Shown here piece by piece: positions 1-12,063 of a stretch of DNA of 55,708 nt (within the stretch, counting starts at the first letter, position 1; every line of letters begins with the position of its first letter). Below the pieces are notes generated by a model. It was given only the letters and a program-made list of their open reading frames with translations. It did no database searches and had not been told where the DNA came from. The stretch comes from Bigelowiella natans CCMP2755 (lineage: Eukaryota > Protista > Cercozoa). The DNA is taken from contig ADNK01000032.1 of the NCBI GenBank assembly GCA_000320545.1, positions 1 to 55,708 of the forward strand, given 5' to 3'. Position numbers and translations under genes: made by a program.

Positions 1-7
1 ATTCGAT

Positions 8-310
8 CACTAAACCGTTGTATCTTAATTTGTTAATACTTCCTGATGGAGAGGGTGAAGTAAGTACTGCCTATCTTACTACTTACTTTGAATCCTTCGC
101 TCTTTCAAAAAGACCGTCTGGTTTGATCCCTTTTTCCTTCTTTTCTTCTTCTTCTTCTTTTGCCTCTCCTCCTCCTCCTCCTTCTTTTTGTTGGTTCTCC
201 TCCTTCTCCTCATTGTATCATATGTGTACCTATGGCTCACATTATGTACATTATATATATATATATATATATATATATTAATATATATATAAATATTTTT
301 TTTCATACAG

Positions 311-345
<35 letters not shown>

Positions 346-711
346 GTATGTAATGTATATATTATATACATATCTGTGTACGTGTATTGATTTTTGATTC
401 GAAGGAAGGGGATTTCATTTTCCATCAGAAGGAAAAGGAAGTAAGGATAGCTCAGTAGTAACCACTTCCGGGACCAATAAAGACGATACAAAGGATAAGG
501 ATGAGGAGGAGGAGAAGGAGGAGAACCAACAAAAAGAAGGAGGAGGAGGAGGAGAGGCAAAAGAAGAAGAAGAAGAAAAGAAGGAAAAAGGGATCAAACC
601 AGACGGTCTTTTTGAAAGAGCGAAGGATTCAAAGTAAGTAGTAAGATAGGCAGTACTTACTTCACCCTCTCCATCAGGAAGTATTAACAAATTAAGATAC
701 AACGGTTAGTG
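8..711. repeat. Near-perfect ~205-bp inverted duplication (arms 8-213 and 501-711, ~290-bp spacer)
   Basis: 8-213 is the reverse complement of 501-711 apart from small indels in a T run and a (TCC)n run. The mirrored ORFs 18..281(+) and 415..702(-) share the same N-terminal translation. Confidence 0.95.
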
Positions 712-3113
712 GAAATACTCGTGCATTCACATATTGGCGTGAACGATGGCGCAGAACGATCATACGATATACGTTGAAATACATCATCTGTACATATCGT
801 TGCACGCTAATATTATATCTCTGAAATGCATGCATGCTACGGCTGTTTGAAACAGAACTTACCTAACGAGAGGATAGGAAGACTACTTCTACTCTAACGC
901 CATCGTATCCCTGTTTAGGTTAAAGATAGTGCCAGAGAACGAAGTAGACACCGAAAATGGGAAGAAAGAACCAGTCGTTTCCAAGAAGAATGACGGTGAA
1001 GATGATGAGACGGGATTCATGAGGTCACCGCTTTGATCTTTTCACTGTGATTTCCCTCTCCTATACTGTATTTGCCAATCCTTCTATTTCTCTATTTTTG
1101 AAGACTTTTTCACCAATAATTGCTAACTACATCAATTGAATACTCTAGCCTAGGAAAATTGAAAGCGAAAAAGAAAGCAGGAGACAACGACGACGATGAT
1201 GATTTTGAGTACGTACCGCAATTTCCTCCCAATTATTATTATCATTATTATTTATTTGCTACGCATTTACTCATTGTTTACTTGTAATCTGTTTTCATTT
1301 TTCATGTTCTTGAGAACCTGTTCGTGTGACGAGATTAAGGGAGGGGGGGGAGAGGGAGTGCGGAGAGGAATTGTCGGCATCTTGTCAATTGTTCATCGTA
1401 TGTTTTCCCCAGACTATCTTTTGGGGACAGCGATCTCGACTTGTTGACTCCAGATGCCGCATCTCCCAATAACAACAAGAAGAAGATGACATGGGGCAAC
1501 AAGGAGGAATCAAAGACAAAACCGGTGGCAGCAGAAAAGAAGAATAGCAATGCTAAACATGCCAACGGTAACGACGACGACGACGAGGACATCAATGGTG
1601 GAACAAAAGGAGTTGGAGCGGGAGAGAGTGAAGCCACTCAACAACAGGAAGAGGAGAATGAGGATGATGGAAAAGAGTCTCGTAATGAGGAGGAGGATGC
1701 GACAAGTCTGCCAAAGAATGGCAATGACGGCAAGAAGAAGGCGAGTGTAAAGTCGTCACAAAACTTCTTTCTACCAGAAGTAGTCATACATAAAGAGGAG
1801 AAAACTAAAGAGGAAGGGCAGGATGCGGACCACTCGATGATGACACCTTCTTCAGCTCAGTTAGGTGGAGAGATAGTTCAAGAAGAAACTCCAACAACGA
1901 AAGCTGCTGGGTCTGCTATCTCTAGACAACAAAAAGGGGAAAATGATGATAATATGCAAGGAGGAGGCTTAGATGCAGCTGACAAATTTGACGACGATAG
2001 CAGTAGTAGTGATGAAGAAGATTCTGGGCAGAAATTCGATGGCGAGGGCGATAACGGTGGGAAATACCACATTATTTGTCAATGATCCTCCTTTCGCACT
2101 CCTGTTTTTGTAATAAATCAACTATGTATTTTGTGCTCAATTCTCTTTGGTATGATAGGAGATGGGAGCGTGAAGGGAAGTCTTGACTTGGGTGGAACTG
2201 CGAAGCGATGGCGTGCAGAAGCCCTTGCCATGGAAGAGGAAAAAGGAAAGATCCTCAAGGAATTGCGCCGCATACGAAAGGAGCATAAGGAGGAAATCAC
2301 GCAGATGCAAAAGCGGCTGGAGGTCATGAGGGAGAATGAAGAATAGAGAAAATGCGCATTACCTTGATGTAGCAACTCCCAAACATGCATGCAACCGCTC
2401 GCGGTATCTATATAACTCTTTTACATATCTTTCTATGTTCTTTAACATTATATATGAAACACATGTTTCCCTTCTCCCCTCACCTTCGCCTTTATTCCTT
2501 AGGTGGAAAAGGCTAGAAGCGCGGATCTGATTGAGAAACAAGTTCACATTGATAAGACTGCGGGCGACGGAGAGGCTATTAAGAAGGAAGAAGAATTGCT
2601 GCAGGCTCGCAACAGGGCAACCGAAGCTGAATCCAAGCTCAAAGCGGTGCGAAACGAGTACGCCGTGAAGAATGCGGAAGTCGCTAGGCTTAAAGCAGAG
2701 ATAGAAATCTGTAAAAGCGCCGCTGACAGCTCGGGGGTGCAGGTTTCATCGCTAGAGGAGCAAGTGCAGGGCTATGAATCTAAGCTTGCGAAGGCGAACG
2801 CGATAATTGGCACTGCAAAAGCAAAAGAGGAGGAGCTGGTAAATATTCTTCAGGTTTCTAAATCTCGTAATCAGGAGCTGGAGGCCAATATCGATGCTCT
2901 CAAGGAGGTCAATGAGAGTTTCAAGCGTGCTACAGAGGAAGGACAAGAGAAAGAGACCATGCGTCTCAGAGAACAGTTGAAGTCGGCTTCCGTAAAGGCC
3001 GCCGCTCTTACTTCGAGGGTTGATGACCTCCTTACCGAGAAGGCGGCGCTTGAAAAGCTGACAGAGGAACAAAAGAAAGAGAAGGTGGAATATCATATTT
3101 ACTACACACACCC

Positions 3114-3151
<38 letters not shown>

Positions 3152-3883
3152 ATGTGTGTGTGTGTGTGTGTGAGTTTGTTCTATGTTTTCATTGCGCTAG
3201 TACTTACCAAACTCGGATGAGGATGTTCTTCGTTATCCAACTTGCGATTGCAGGAGGAAATTGCACAGGCAAAGCGCGATCTTGAGGCCAGAGTGATATC
3301 TATTGAAAAGGACAAAAGGAGGAGAGCAGATTTACTGAAGAGCAAGATCGATACACTCGAAAAGGAATGCAAGAGCCTGATGGAATTTAAGGATGCGCGA
3401 GAAAGAGATGCAGAAAAATCTAAAACAGTAGAGGTGAGAAACAGCAACAATAAAAAAGAGGTGAAGTTTCAACTACAGTGGGCATGACATTAGTAAGAAT
3501 GCAACAAAAGTAGGACAATTCTGCAGTTTTGTCACTTTATTCACCCTTCGCAATCGCGGCATTTGTAGAGCATGATGATACATTCACGACAGGCGAGGGA
3601 GTTAGAGGCGATGCTATCATCGGAAGAAACTAAGCACAAATTTGACCTCGAATCGTTACGTGAAAAGCTGACTACGGAGCTTGAGAACGAGTCCAAGTCA
3701 TGTAAGGAGACACTACGGAGGAAAGAAGATGAAATCGCAAAAATGAAGAAGCAGTTTGCAGCGAAGAAAGAACAGCTCGCCTTCGAGCTAGAGTCAGTAA
3801 AGGACAATTTCCAAGCGGAACTACAAGGTGAGCAACACATGCAGCTACTGAAGTAGCCCTTGCTGATTAACACACAACAATAT

Positions 3884-3918
<35 letters not shown>

Positions 3919-5178
3919 TACCGACAGCCTTGAAGGACAAGAGTCGGATGGAACGTGAGGCAGCCGATACAAAATACAAAAACACATGCACAGCCCATAT
4001 AGAAGAGTTGAAACAGCTTAGAAATGAGCGCAATCAGCAAGATAAAGGTTGGGACGCCAATAGGGCGAGTCAGGCAGCCCAAACTATATACACGACGGCA
4101 AAATATACCGAGATGCAGGTGCTTCTTGACACTGCGCGTGCAGAGAGGGGAAATGTCCAAAAAACTTTAGACGAGAGAAATAGGGAGGTCAAAACTATCA
4201 CGCAGAAACTCATCGAGGCAGAGGCAGAGGCCTTGCGGGCAAGCGAGAGCCTAAAGAATGAGGCAAATCGTGCCCGCTCAGTCGAAGCTGTGCTAGATGC
4301 TAGAGTGGCCGAGCAAAGAGCTACAATTGAGGACTCGCTGAAGAAACTGCAGGCTGTTCAGGCAAAGTACGCTGCTCTTAAAAGTGAGCACGGTGATGCA
4401 ACGCAGCGACTAGCGCAGGAACTTCGGAGGGCAGAGAAACTGTCAGCGGAGCTCGCTGCTCGAGATGAGGGGCATCGTGATATTATTACAAGTGCACAGC
4501 GAGAGGCCTTGCGCCAAAGTTCAGAAGTGGAGAAACTCAGGCTAAGGCTCGAAGTTGCGACACGTACAATCGAAGAGCTGAAACTGGAGCTCAGAGTCAA
4601 CGTGCGTGCTGGTGCTAGCCTTCCTAGTGACAATACTTATTATCAGAAAAAACTGGATAATAATGATGAGGACGATGATGAGAAGCGGGCAGGCCGCGAC
4701 AGAAAGCATCTGGCCATTCAAAACACTTCTCAAATTGAAAACAGGTTCGATTTTTCGTGTGAGGAAACTTTGATACATCTATTGACTACACTTTTCTTTC
4801 TGAATTTGATTCACAAATCCACATATTCAAATCAACGAGTTAATAATATTGGTTTGAAACAGCACCTCTCCTGACGATGGCGCTCGTGCACGGTCTCTTG
4901 TTGCGATTCAAAAGACTTCTCATCGAAGATTGAATAATGAGGATGGTTTCGGCGACATGGAAATGCTGGCAAGTCCTTTTGCGAGGATGTCAACTTCAAC
5001 CCGACGCATCAAAGACATCTCCACTAAAACTTACAGCGTCAGACAGGCATCATCTGGGCAGTTGAGAGCTGCACAGGAAAGAATGCGGCGGTTAGAATCA
5101 TCGGCAAAATCAGGCCTCCAAGAGGCGCGAGCACGATTGCAGGTCCTTCGGGATCGCATCGATCGCATGGCACAGTGA
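430..5178 (+). CDS. Multi-exon large protein with an acidic/low-complexity N-half and a long coiled-coil C-half; 5' end not resolved
   Basis: GT-AG exons chain in frame: ~430-632, 919-1023, 1149-1208, 1413-~2056, 2159-2322, 2503-3083 and further exons to TGA at 5176-5178. ORFs 2503..3285, 3572..3856 and 3930..4874 are E/K/L/A heptad-rich. No recognisable family motif. Confidence 0.75.
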
Positions 5179-5209
5179 TTTGATTTTTTTTTTTCAAATA
5201 CTATTAATG

Positions 5210-5830
5210 TCACAGCTAGCAGGGGCAATTCTCTTCGCATCTTTGTCTCCATGTTGTTCGCGCGCGTGACTGCGTTGTTCAAGCACATGCGATGTGTAGC
5301 ATTGCTGCATAATGAGCATGTCTAGCTAGACATCACATAGCATCGAGTGGTCATCACGCTTCATTGTGGACCGACCACCACTCCTCATCCGCAGATGTGT
5401 CGTCACAGCTTTGCAATGCACTATCTAGCTACGCTCACGACACGTACATACACGCACGTGGTCTAGACGGCACAATCACACATGAGACGGATGCAATGAA
5501 TGATTGATAAAACTTTTTCAATGGTCATCCCAATGTAGCTATGCAAGCTAGGCATCGCAGCAGCCACAGCGCTAGCTAGGCAACTCCCCATCTCAGAAAT
5601 TGAATGTTAGCGTTAACATGTGAATTTAATTTCGACACACGGCACATGCACGCACGTGCGTGAGCACAGGGCTATTGTAAATTGTAGCTCTACGCTCGTG
5701 CGGCACATGCATCTAGACACATGCAAGCGCACATACACATACATGTGCGCTACGACAGTATCTAGAGTATACCCACTTAAATTAACATTACACAATGCAT
5801 TCCTAGCTAGCTAGCTTGCTACTTAGCATG
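5210..5830. repeat. CTAG-rich, partly TpA-depleted intergenic tract between convergent genes
   Basis: Many CTAG and (CTAG)n, CATG, TGCA and CGCG words. Contains the dispersed motif at 5485-5540. Confidence 0.65.
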
Positions 5831-6075
5831 CTTAGATATGCCTACATCATATAGCGCTTTATTTATTTCATCATGGCAGTGATCCAAGGTAGCCGCTCTA
5901 GGCATAGATCTGGACCTTGAGCGCTTTTCGTTTAATGATAAAGGCAGCGCACTATGTAGCGAAAACATGGACAATAGCTATGCCAAGTCATCATACATTG
6001 ATTGGACCACGCTTTCCTCATTGGTGTATCGTAGTACTCAGCAGCGCATGGAGCACCACGCAATACTACGATCCA

Positions 6076-8283
6076 CTACATGATGTGACATTTCTTTTTC
6101 TTTTTTTGCCGGTGCGGTTGCACCCGTCTAAGGCTTTGAGTTCTGACTGGTGCCCTGGCCCGGCTTTCCTCGGCTTGAAGCCTTCTTGCTAATTCTTCAT
6201 CACTCAGTGCTTGAGCTCTAACGCCGCCGGCTTGTGTGGCAGCAGCATCGCTTTGTTGTAATTCCTGGGCATATAGCTGCCTTGCAAGTTCTTCATCCGT
6301 CATCGGACGGGAACTGGACGAAGGAGCGTTTTGGCCATTTGGTGGACGATACGGTACCCCCGCAGGAGCTTTGTTATTGGAAATGTCTTGCTGTTGCAAT
6401 TCTTGTGCTAATCTCGCGTCACGCAATTCCTGCTCCTGCTTCGAAATACGTCGTGCAATTTCTTCGTCGGTGAGTTTACCATCTTCCTGAACCGATTCCT
6501 TCTCGTCTGAGGAGTGATATTTTTGCTCGGTGGCGGCAATGGCAACGTCCTTTTGTGTGTTTATTTGGACATAGAACTCGGAATTAGTGAATAATGTATC
6601 TCCATCAACAGTGCTAAGTTTTTCCCAAACAATGGGTAAGCCTTTGAACGCTATATCAGTTACCAAGAGGTACAGTTCTTTCGCATGCCTGATAAGTCAA
6701 ATATGATATACTTATAAATGGGTGTATGGTTGACAATGCTTGGATTACTAAAGACAAGAACATACTTGTGCAGCACGGCGAAATGATTGTTACGGAAGAA
6801 GACGCAAAGGCTTCCCTCAGGAACTTCTTCGTGCAACTTTGATAGTCCACAAAATGTGAGTTGGTTGGCACTTATTTTTAGAAACTCCATCAACATTCGC
6901 TTTTTGATCCGTAAAGCTCCAACTTCATCTATTATTTTGCTCTTTTCATCAGCTGTCGGTTTCTCTATCACGACGTGTACCTGCACCACCTGTGGTGGTG
7001 GTGGCGGTTTGGATTTGTTTGTTTCACATGCTAGCGCCGATGATCGCTCTTGAGCCGAATCAGCTTCTTCGTGGTCTTCAGAAATATCCATTACCTTTAC
7101 AGCCTCAACGACCTTATTGTCTAACGTTGGTCCTTCATTCACCACACCTGATGATGAGGAAGCAGCTTCCTCCGTCACAGCCTTACTTTCGTCAAGTGCA
7201 TCGCTCTCACCATTTTGCTTCTGAACCATTTTCGTTGAGGGAGGGCCATCTATGATATCTTTGTTATTATCTTTTTTTGCGGTGGATACTAGCTCCGTCT
7301 TGAGGAGGGGTGTAATGGCAGCACCACCAGGAACATGAATACTTTCACCATCCTTCTTGTTTTCTATATTTTTGACGACTTCGACTTTAACCACTTGGGG
7401 GACTAGATTACCACCTTTTTTGTCATCGACGCCTTTTTTTTCCTTCAGCTTGGACTCCAAAGCCTCCAGCTTGGAGTTAACGTCTACTATAAGGTCTGTC
7501 ATCTGGTTGTACGAGAGGTTCGCCAACATGTTGTGCAGGGTTTGGTTGTCTTTGTCTACAACCCACCTGATGGATGCGAAAAATTGATGTTACGCATCTG
7601 AATAATACAGATTGCATCAATATCATCGTTGCCATTCATACCCATGTATGAGGTCCATGCCTAGCATATAGAAAGCGTCGAGTTCTTGTGTATATTCAAA
7701 TGCCTTCACTCCTCCTTATGTACCAGAATGTTAAGGAATATCAAAGGGAAAAAATGACTCAGCAATGTACCAAATTTGACGTTGACATCGAGCCCTCCTT
7801 GCAGCTTCGGAAGGACGTTCGACATTATGTCGGTAAGAATCTGTCTCTAAGCACAAATTTAACAATTTTAGTGATGTAACATAAGCATCGTATCGCCCGC
7901 TATATTGAGAACGAGGTCGTTTCAAAATTAAATACACGTAATAGCAAACCTGATTGGCGGCGACTCCATCCTTTGATTCGAATATTCCCCTATTCCTCAC
8001 CATCAAAAAGTCCCCAACTATATCCAGTAAGTCTCTTGATGTAAGGAAGCCTCGACTCACCTAAAATGTACCAAATGATCTGCTCCTCAGACGAACTTCC
8101 TTCCTTCCTCTAACCATACGCATTAACCTTTTGCGGATCTAGCTTGAGTTGTCCCCGAAGAGAGAGTATGTTGAACATTGCAATGAGTGGGCACGGACCA
8201 TTTCTGGTCTGTAGACAGATCGGGCAGCTCTGACTTTCTCGAAACCTCACCTTCTTGAGAGTGTAGATCTCCCCGCCCTCCAT
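6076..8283 (-). CDS. MINDY1: MINDY-1/2 family (FAM63/DUF544) K48 deubiquitinase with C-terminal MIU motifs and CaaX box
   Basis: Exon 1 reads MEGGEIYTLKKVRFRESQSCPICLQTRNGPCPLIAMFNILSLRG (catalytic Cys motif GPCPL). Also seen: NQLTFCGL, FFRNNHF (catalytic His), LVTD and VWEKL...DGDTLF, four DEELARxL-type MIU helices, and the end KKKKKKCHIM*. Multi-exon. Confidence 0.93.
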
Positions 8284-8833
8284 CTATCTATCTATATGTA
8301 TCTATCTGTCTATCTTTCTTTTTATCCGTGTTTCTGGTGTTCCTTCCTCGGTTCCCGTCTGTCCTTCCTGCCCGGATGATGATGATTCTTCTCTCTTCTG
8401 TGTTTTGTTATTTCTGTGTGGAGTCGTTCGTTCGTCGGGACACCTACCGTACTCACGCTGGATCATTATCAGCACTTCCCAGCCACTTTGACAACGCTAT
8501 TAGGAAAGAGAATGCAGAACAAAGTCATTAATCGACAACAAACTACCCGAGATTACATCCGAGACTACCTCGAAATCTTAGACGATGTCGTTGGACTTTT
8601 TCTTGACATAGGACTTATTCTTTGTGGGAAGCAGTGAAGGCTGTTCTGAGGTTGCGACTTTGATATCGACTTGCCAAACAACAACTTCTTGTTCTATTTC
8701 TGGCTTCCGTGCCTACGCGTGTTTCTTGACAAATTGGCTCTCGGCAAGAGGAAGAAGTTGGATCAGAGATGCACGTTTGCTCGCTTCTGAATCCTGGCTC
8801 CGAATCCTCACTTGTTTGTTAGGTCTCCACTTA

Positions 8834-9750
8834 CTCCGATTGGGGTGGTGACGTTGATGAACTTTGAGATGAAGATGAGATTGAGAGTTCGTTCTGTGAG
8901 CAGACCACAGTTGCAGACTAGCAGAGGTGGTGAAGTGACGGAATCGCTCCGCCTGCGATGCGTGCCATGGTGCTGTGCAGGTCACGATCGAGAAGGAAGT
9001 CTGAAGCAACCTTGTGCACAAGTGCGCGCACCTTGCATCCTCACTAGCCATCTGGCACGCAGCACAGGTGAAGCCACTTTCTGGAAGCAAGCCTAGTCCA
9101 GAAGTGTGTCTCGCTTGAGTGACCGTTGGAGTGGCGTGTGTGCCACTGTGGTTCCATCCACGCATGATTTCTCTTTCATTCACTTAGCTGTGAGTCAACG
9201 TTCACATTCTCTCTCTTTGCATTGCCGTCTCAGCTTCGATCATGCATGGTCTGGTTGTTGCATTGCGCAGGCACACGATCACACGATGTGAATCGTTTGC
9301 ATTGTCACATGCACGTCGTGCAACGCAGAATGGTGCACGTGTTCGCACACTATAACACACATCAAAGGATTGTTGTCTTTGTGACATCTTGCCGCAAATC
9401 AAACACGTGCGATTGAATGTGAAAACAAAGCTCGTCACCCTTTCGTCACACATCGTGCTCGGCAGGTCTAGAGGTCTAGCTAGCATCGCAGCTAGCTAGC
9501 TAGTTAGGGGTGCACATTGCACCGCACGCGCCTGCCTGCAAGTCTTGGAGCCGTGTGTGTAGCGCTGCCACAACTTGACAAGAGCCACAGCGACCATCGC
9601 AGCAATTTATTTTCTGATGTCATGAGCCTGTCTAGCTGTCTAGCTGTGTCCACACCGTGCGGATGTCATGAATACTGTGGGCTTCAATCAATTCTGTCGC
9701 TGGTCATGAATGACATCATGTTGTTAGCTAGATACATCTCAACTGATTTG
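8834..9750. repeat. Strongly TpA-depleted, CTAG-rich intergenic tract, possibly a decayed repeat or coding relic
   Basis: Manual count gives 6 TA in 8834-9465, 3 of them in CTAG. (CTAG)n arrays at 9468-9503. Confidence 0.75.
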
Positions 9751-9757
9751 TAGCGGG

Positions 9758-10835
9758 TCATGCTGTGCTCCTCCGTGCCCCCGCCTTTGCTTCTATTCTC
9801 CGCGTTGAAACGTTTCGCAACACCGCCATATCTGTGTTTGGAAACGAAGGTTTCCTCTTCGGAATGGATGATGACTTTGATCCTATGAAGATGGGATGAG
9901 GAGCTGCATGCTGTTGTACTTTGTCATAATTTACAATCTGACCCTTCTCAGACGAATTTAACAAATTTCGAACAAAGTCTGAGCCAGACTTGCCTCCAGA
10001 AATGTACCGGACAAATTCAGAAGTGGCCCAATTGACCAACAATATTAATCCTGCCACCGTTTCTCGGAGCACACACCTTGCAGTTATTATCCACCTCATA
10101 AATGCATTCCACAAATTGCAAGATGCTAATTATTACCCAGCATAAACTACAGGATGCAGCCACCATCCGATCCAGCACCACCACGCCTGGAAAAATTGTG
10201 AAATAAAGCCCATAGAATCAAAGATAATAACTTGATATTAATTTATATTTCTAACCAGATAGCATGTCCATCCCCACAATGTTCGCGACGGTTTGCTTCC
10301 TGTTGGTTCATGCATGATTGCCGAAGTCGAAGTGCCTAGTTGAGATTTGGTAGCACTGGAAGACGTATTTCGTGATGCGGGAGGAATTGAGAATCTCCGT
10401 TGCCCGTTAGCGGGCCTCCTTGGCGAAGATTTTGATTTAGCCTCAAGAGAATTCCTTTCTTCCAGCAGCCTGATTCAAAATATGCTGAAGAATGAAAAGA
10501 GAAAGAGCATCCTACTTTCCTCCTAATGAAACTACAACGTTTGAGACTAACCTTTCAATTTCATCGAGACAGGCTTTTCTGTATTTACGATTGCGATACT
10601 CGAGTGCTCTGTTTTTCTGTTCGAGTAAATGATCCACATCCAATGAGTAGAATTTATCAACAAGATAAATTAAGTCCATACCTGTTTTAGTGATTCCACT
10701 GTATCCAACGCTGCAGCCAACCGGCGATTATAGGCCCGGTGATACTAATACATTTAAACGTAATGTATTAATACACGAAACTATCAATAACATTCCATCT
10801 CAGATCCGGACTACCTGCTCAGAGTGTTTCTTCAT
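9758..10835 (-). CDS. Hypothetical ~245-aa protein with N-terminal coiled coil and Trp-rich hydrophobic segment; may extend 5' to ~11242
   Basis: Six GT-AG exons join in frame: MKKHSEQ|YHRAYNRRLAAALDTVESLKQ|KNRALEYRNRKYRKACLDEIER|LLEERNS...TLWGWTCYL|AWWCWIGWWLHPVVYAG|CVLRETVAGLILLVNW...RRSTA*. No family recognised. Confidence 0.6.
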
Positions 10836-11397
10836 TTATCCGTTTCAGGTCAAAGATATTCCATCAAAGCACTTGCTGGCTCTATCAACACGCCTCTTTG
10901 CCTATCTGCGTATGTTGTAGTCTCCTCTAGCTTTTACCCGGACCACTGAGCCTCCCCCCAATGCAGGGTGATTGGTGTATCAATGATCGATCCAAATGCA
11001 GCGTTCGTAAAAACGACAAGTCTGCTGTTTTTTTAGGATATTAGTAGGTTATTATTACACCACCATCAACCTACTACTATGGACAACGAGCAAGCTCCGT
11101 TCATTCTCGTGTTGAAAGACTATCAATATATTTACGATAATTCTGCGGTAGATTTAGAATTTAAAAAGTAAACCGTCCAGCGATCATCTGCGGAGGGATG
11201 ATAAGCCCATCGTCGCAGTTTAGAGCTGGCCTGTATTTCCATGGTTTTCTGCACGTTCGCGGTCGACCACGCATGTCCACTTGGCTCCTCATCCCAGTAT
11301 TTTGTACGACAAGTGAAAATAGTAACCGCAGGATGAGAATGGAGGGCAATTATGAGTGTATCACGCTTGCGGAAGATCTGAAAAAAATAGTCTGGCG

Positions 11398-12006
11398 ATG
11401 ACGTTGGAACCTCGCAGCACGCCTCCCTTGTTGCTACCACTGCTCCTCCTCCTGTCCCCGGCGCAGGCAACGAAACAGAAGCATGGACCAACATATGAAC
11501 TTCATGAAAAAGTTAGAAAGCGTTTCTAACTTGTCGCGAGAATTCGGTTGCTGCATGGGTGTTCTGCGTTCATGTGTCTTTCGACTAGTTTCTCATCACT
11601 GATCTGAACTGCTTATGTTTATAGGTTCCCGTGGATGTAAACAATGTTGGTCCCTTCCACAACCCCGCAGAAACATACGAGTTTTATTCGCTTCCATATT
11701 GTGCCCCTGATAATCCTGAGATGCATGATCACGATCTGGGATCCTCACTTGCGGGAGACAGGAGGACAAGCTCCCTCTACGACCTGCGATTCCTAGGTGA
11801 CGACTGATTTATATACAAAACAAAGCCATCGTATGTCCGTAGTATCGAAATGAACAGTAAGATACGGTCTTCGAATTTAGAAATAGTATTCTCAATATGA
11901 TATGTGTAATATTGTTCGTTTTTGTTTTATGTGCGTCTATTTGTGTGTGGGAGGTGGTGTGAGTGTAAAATATATCGATTATCTGTGAGTGAGAAAGAGA
12001 GGGAGG

Positions 12007-12063
<57 letters not shown>

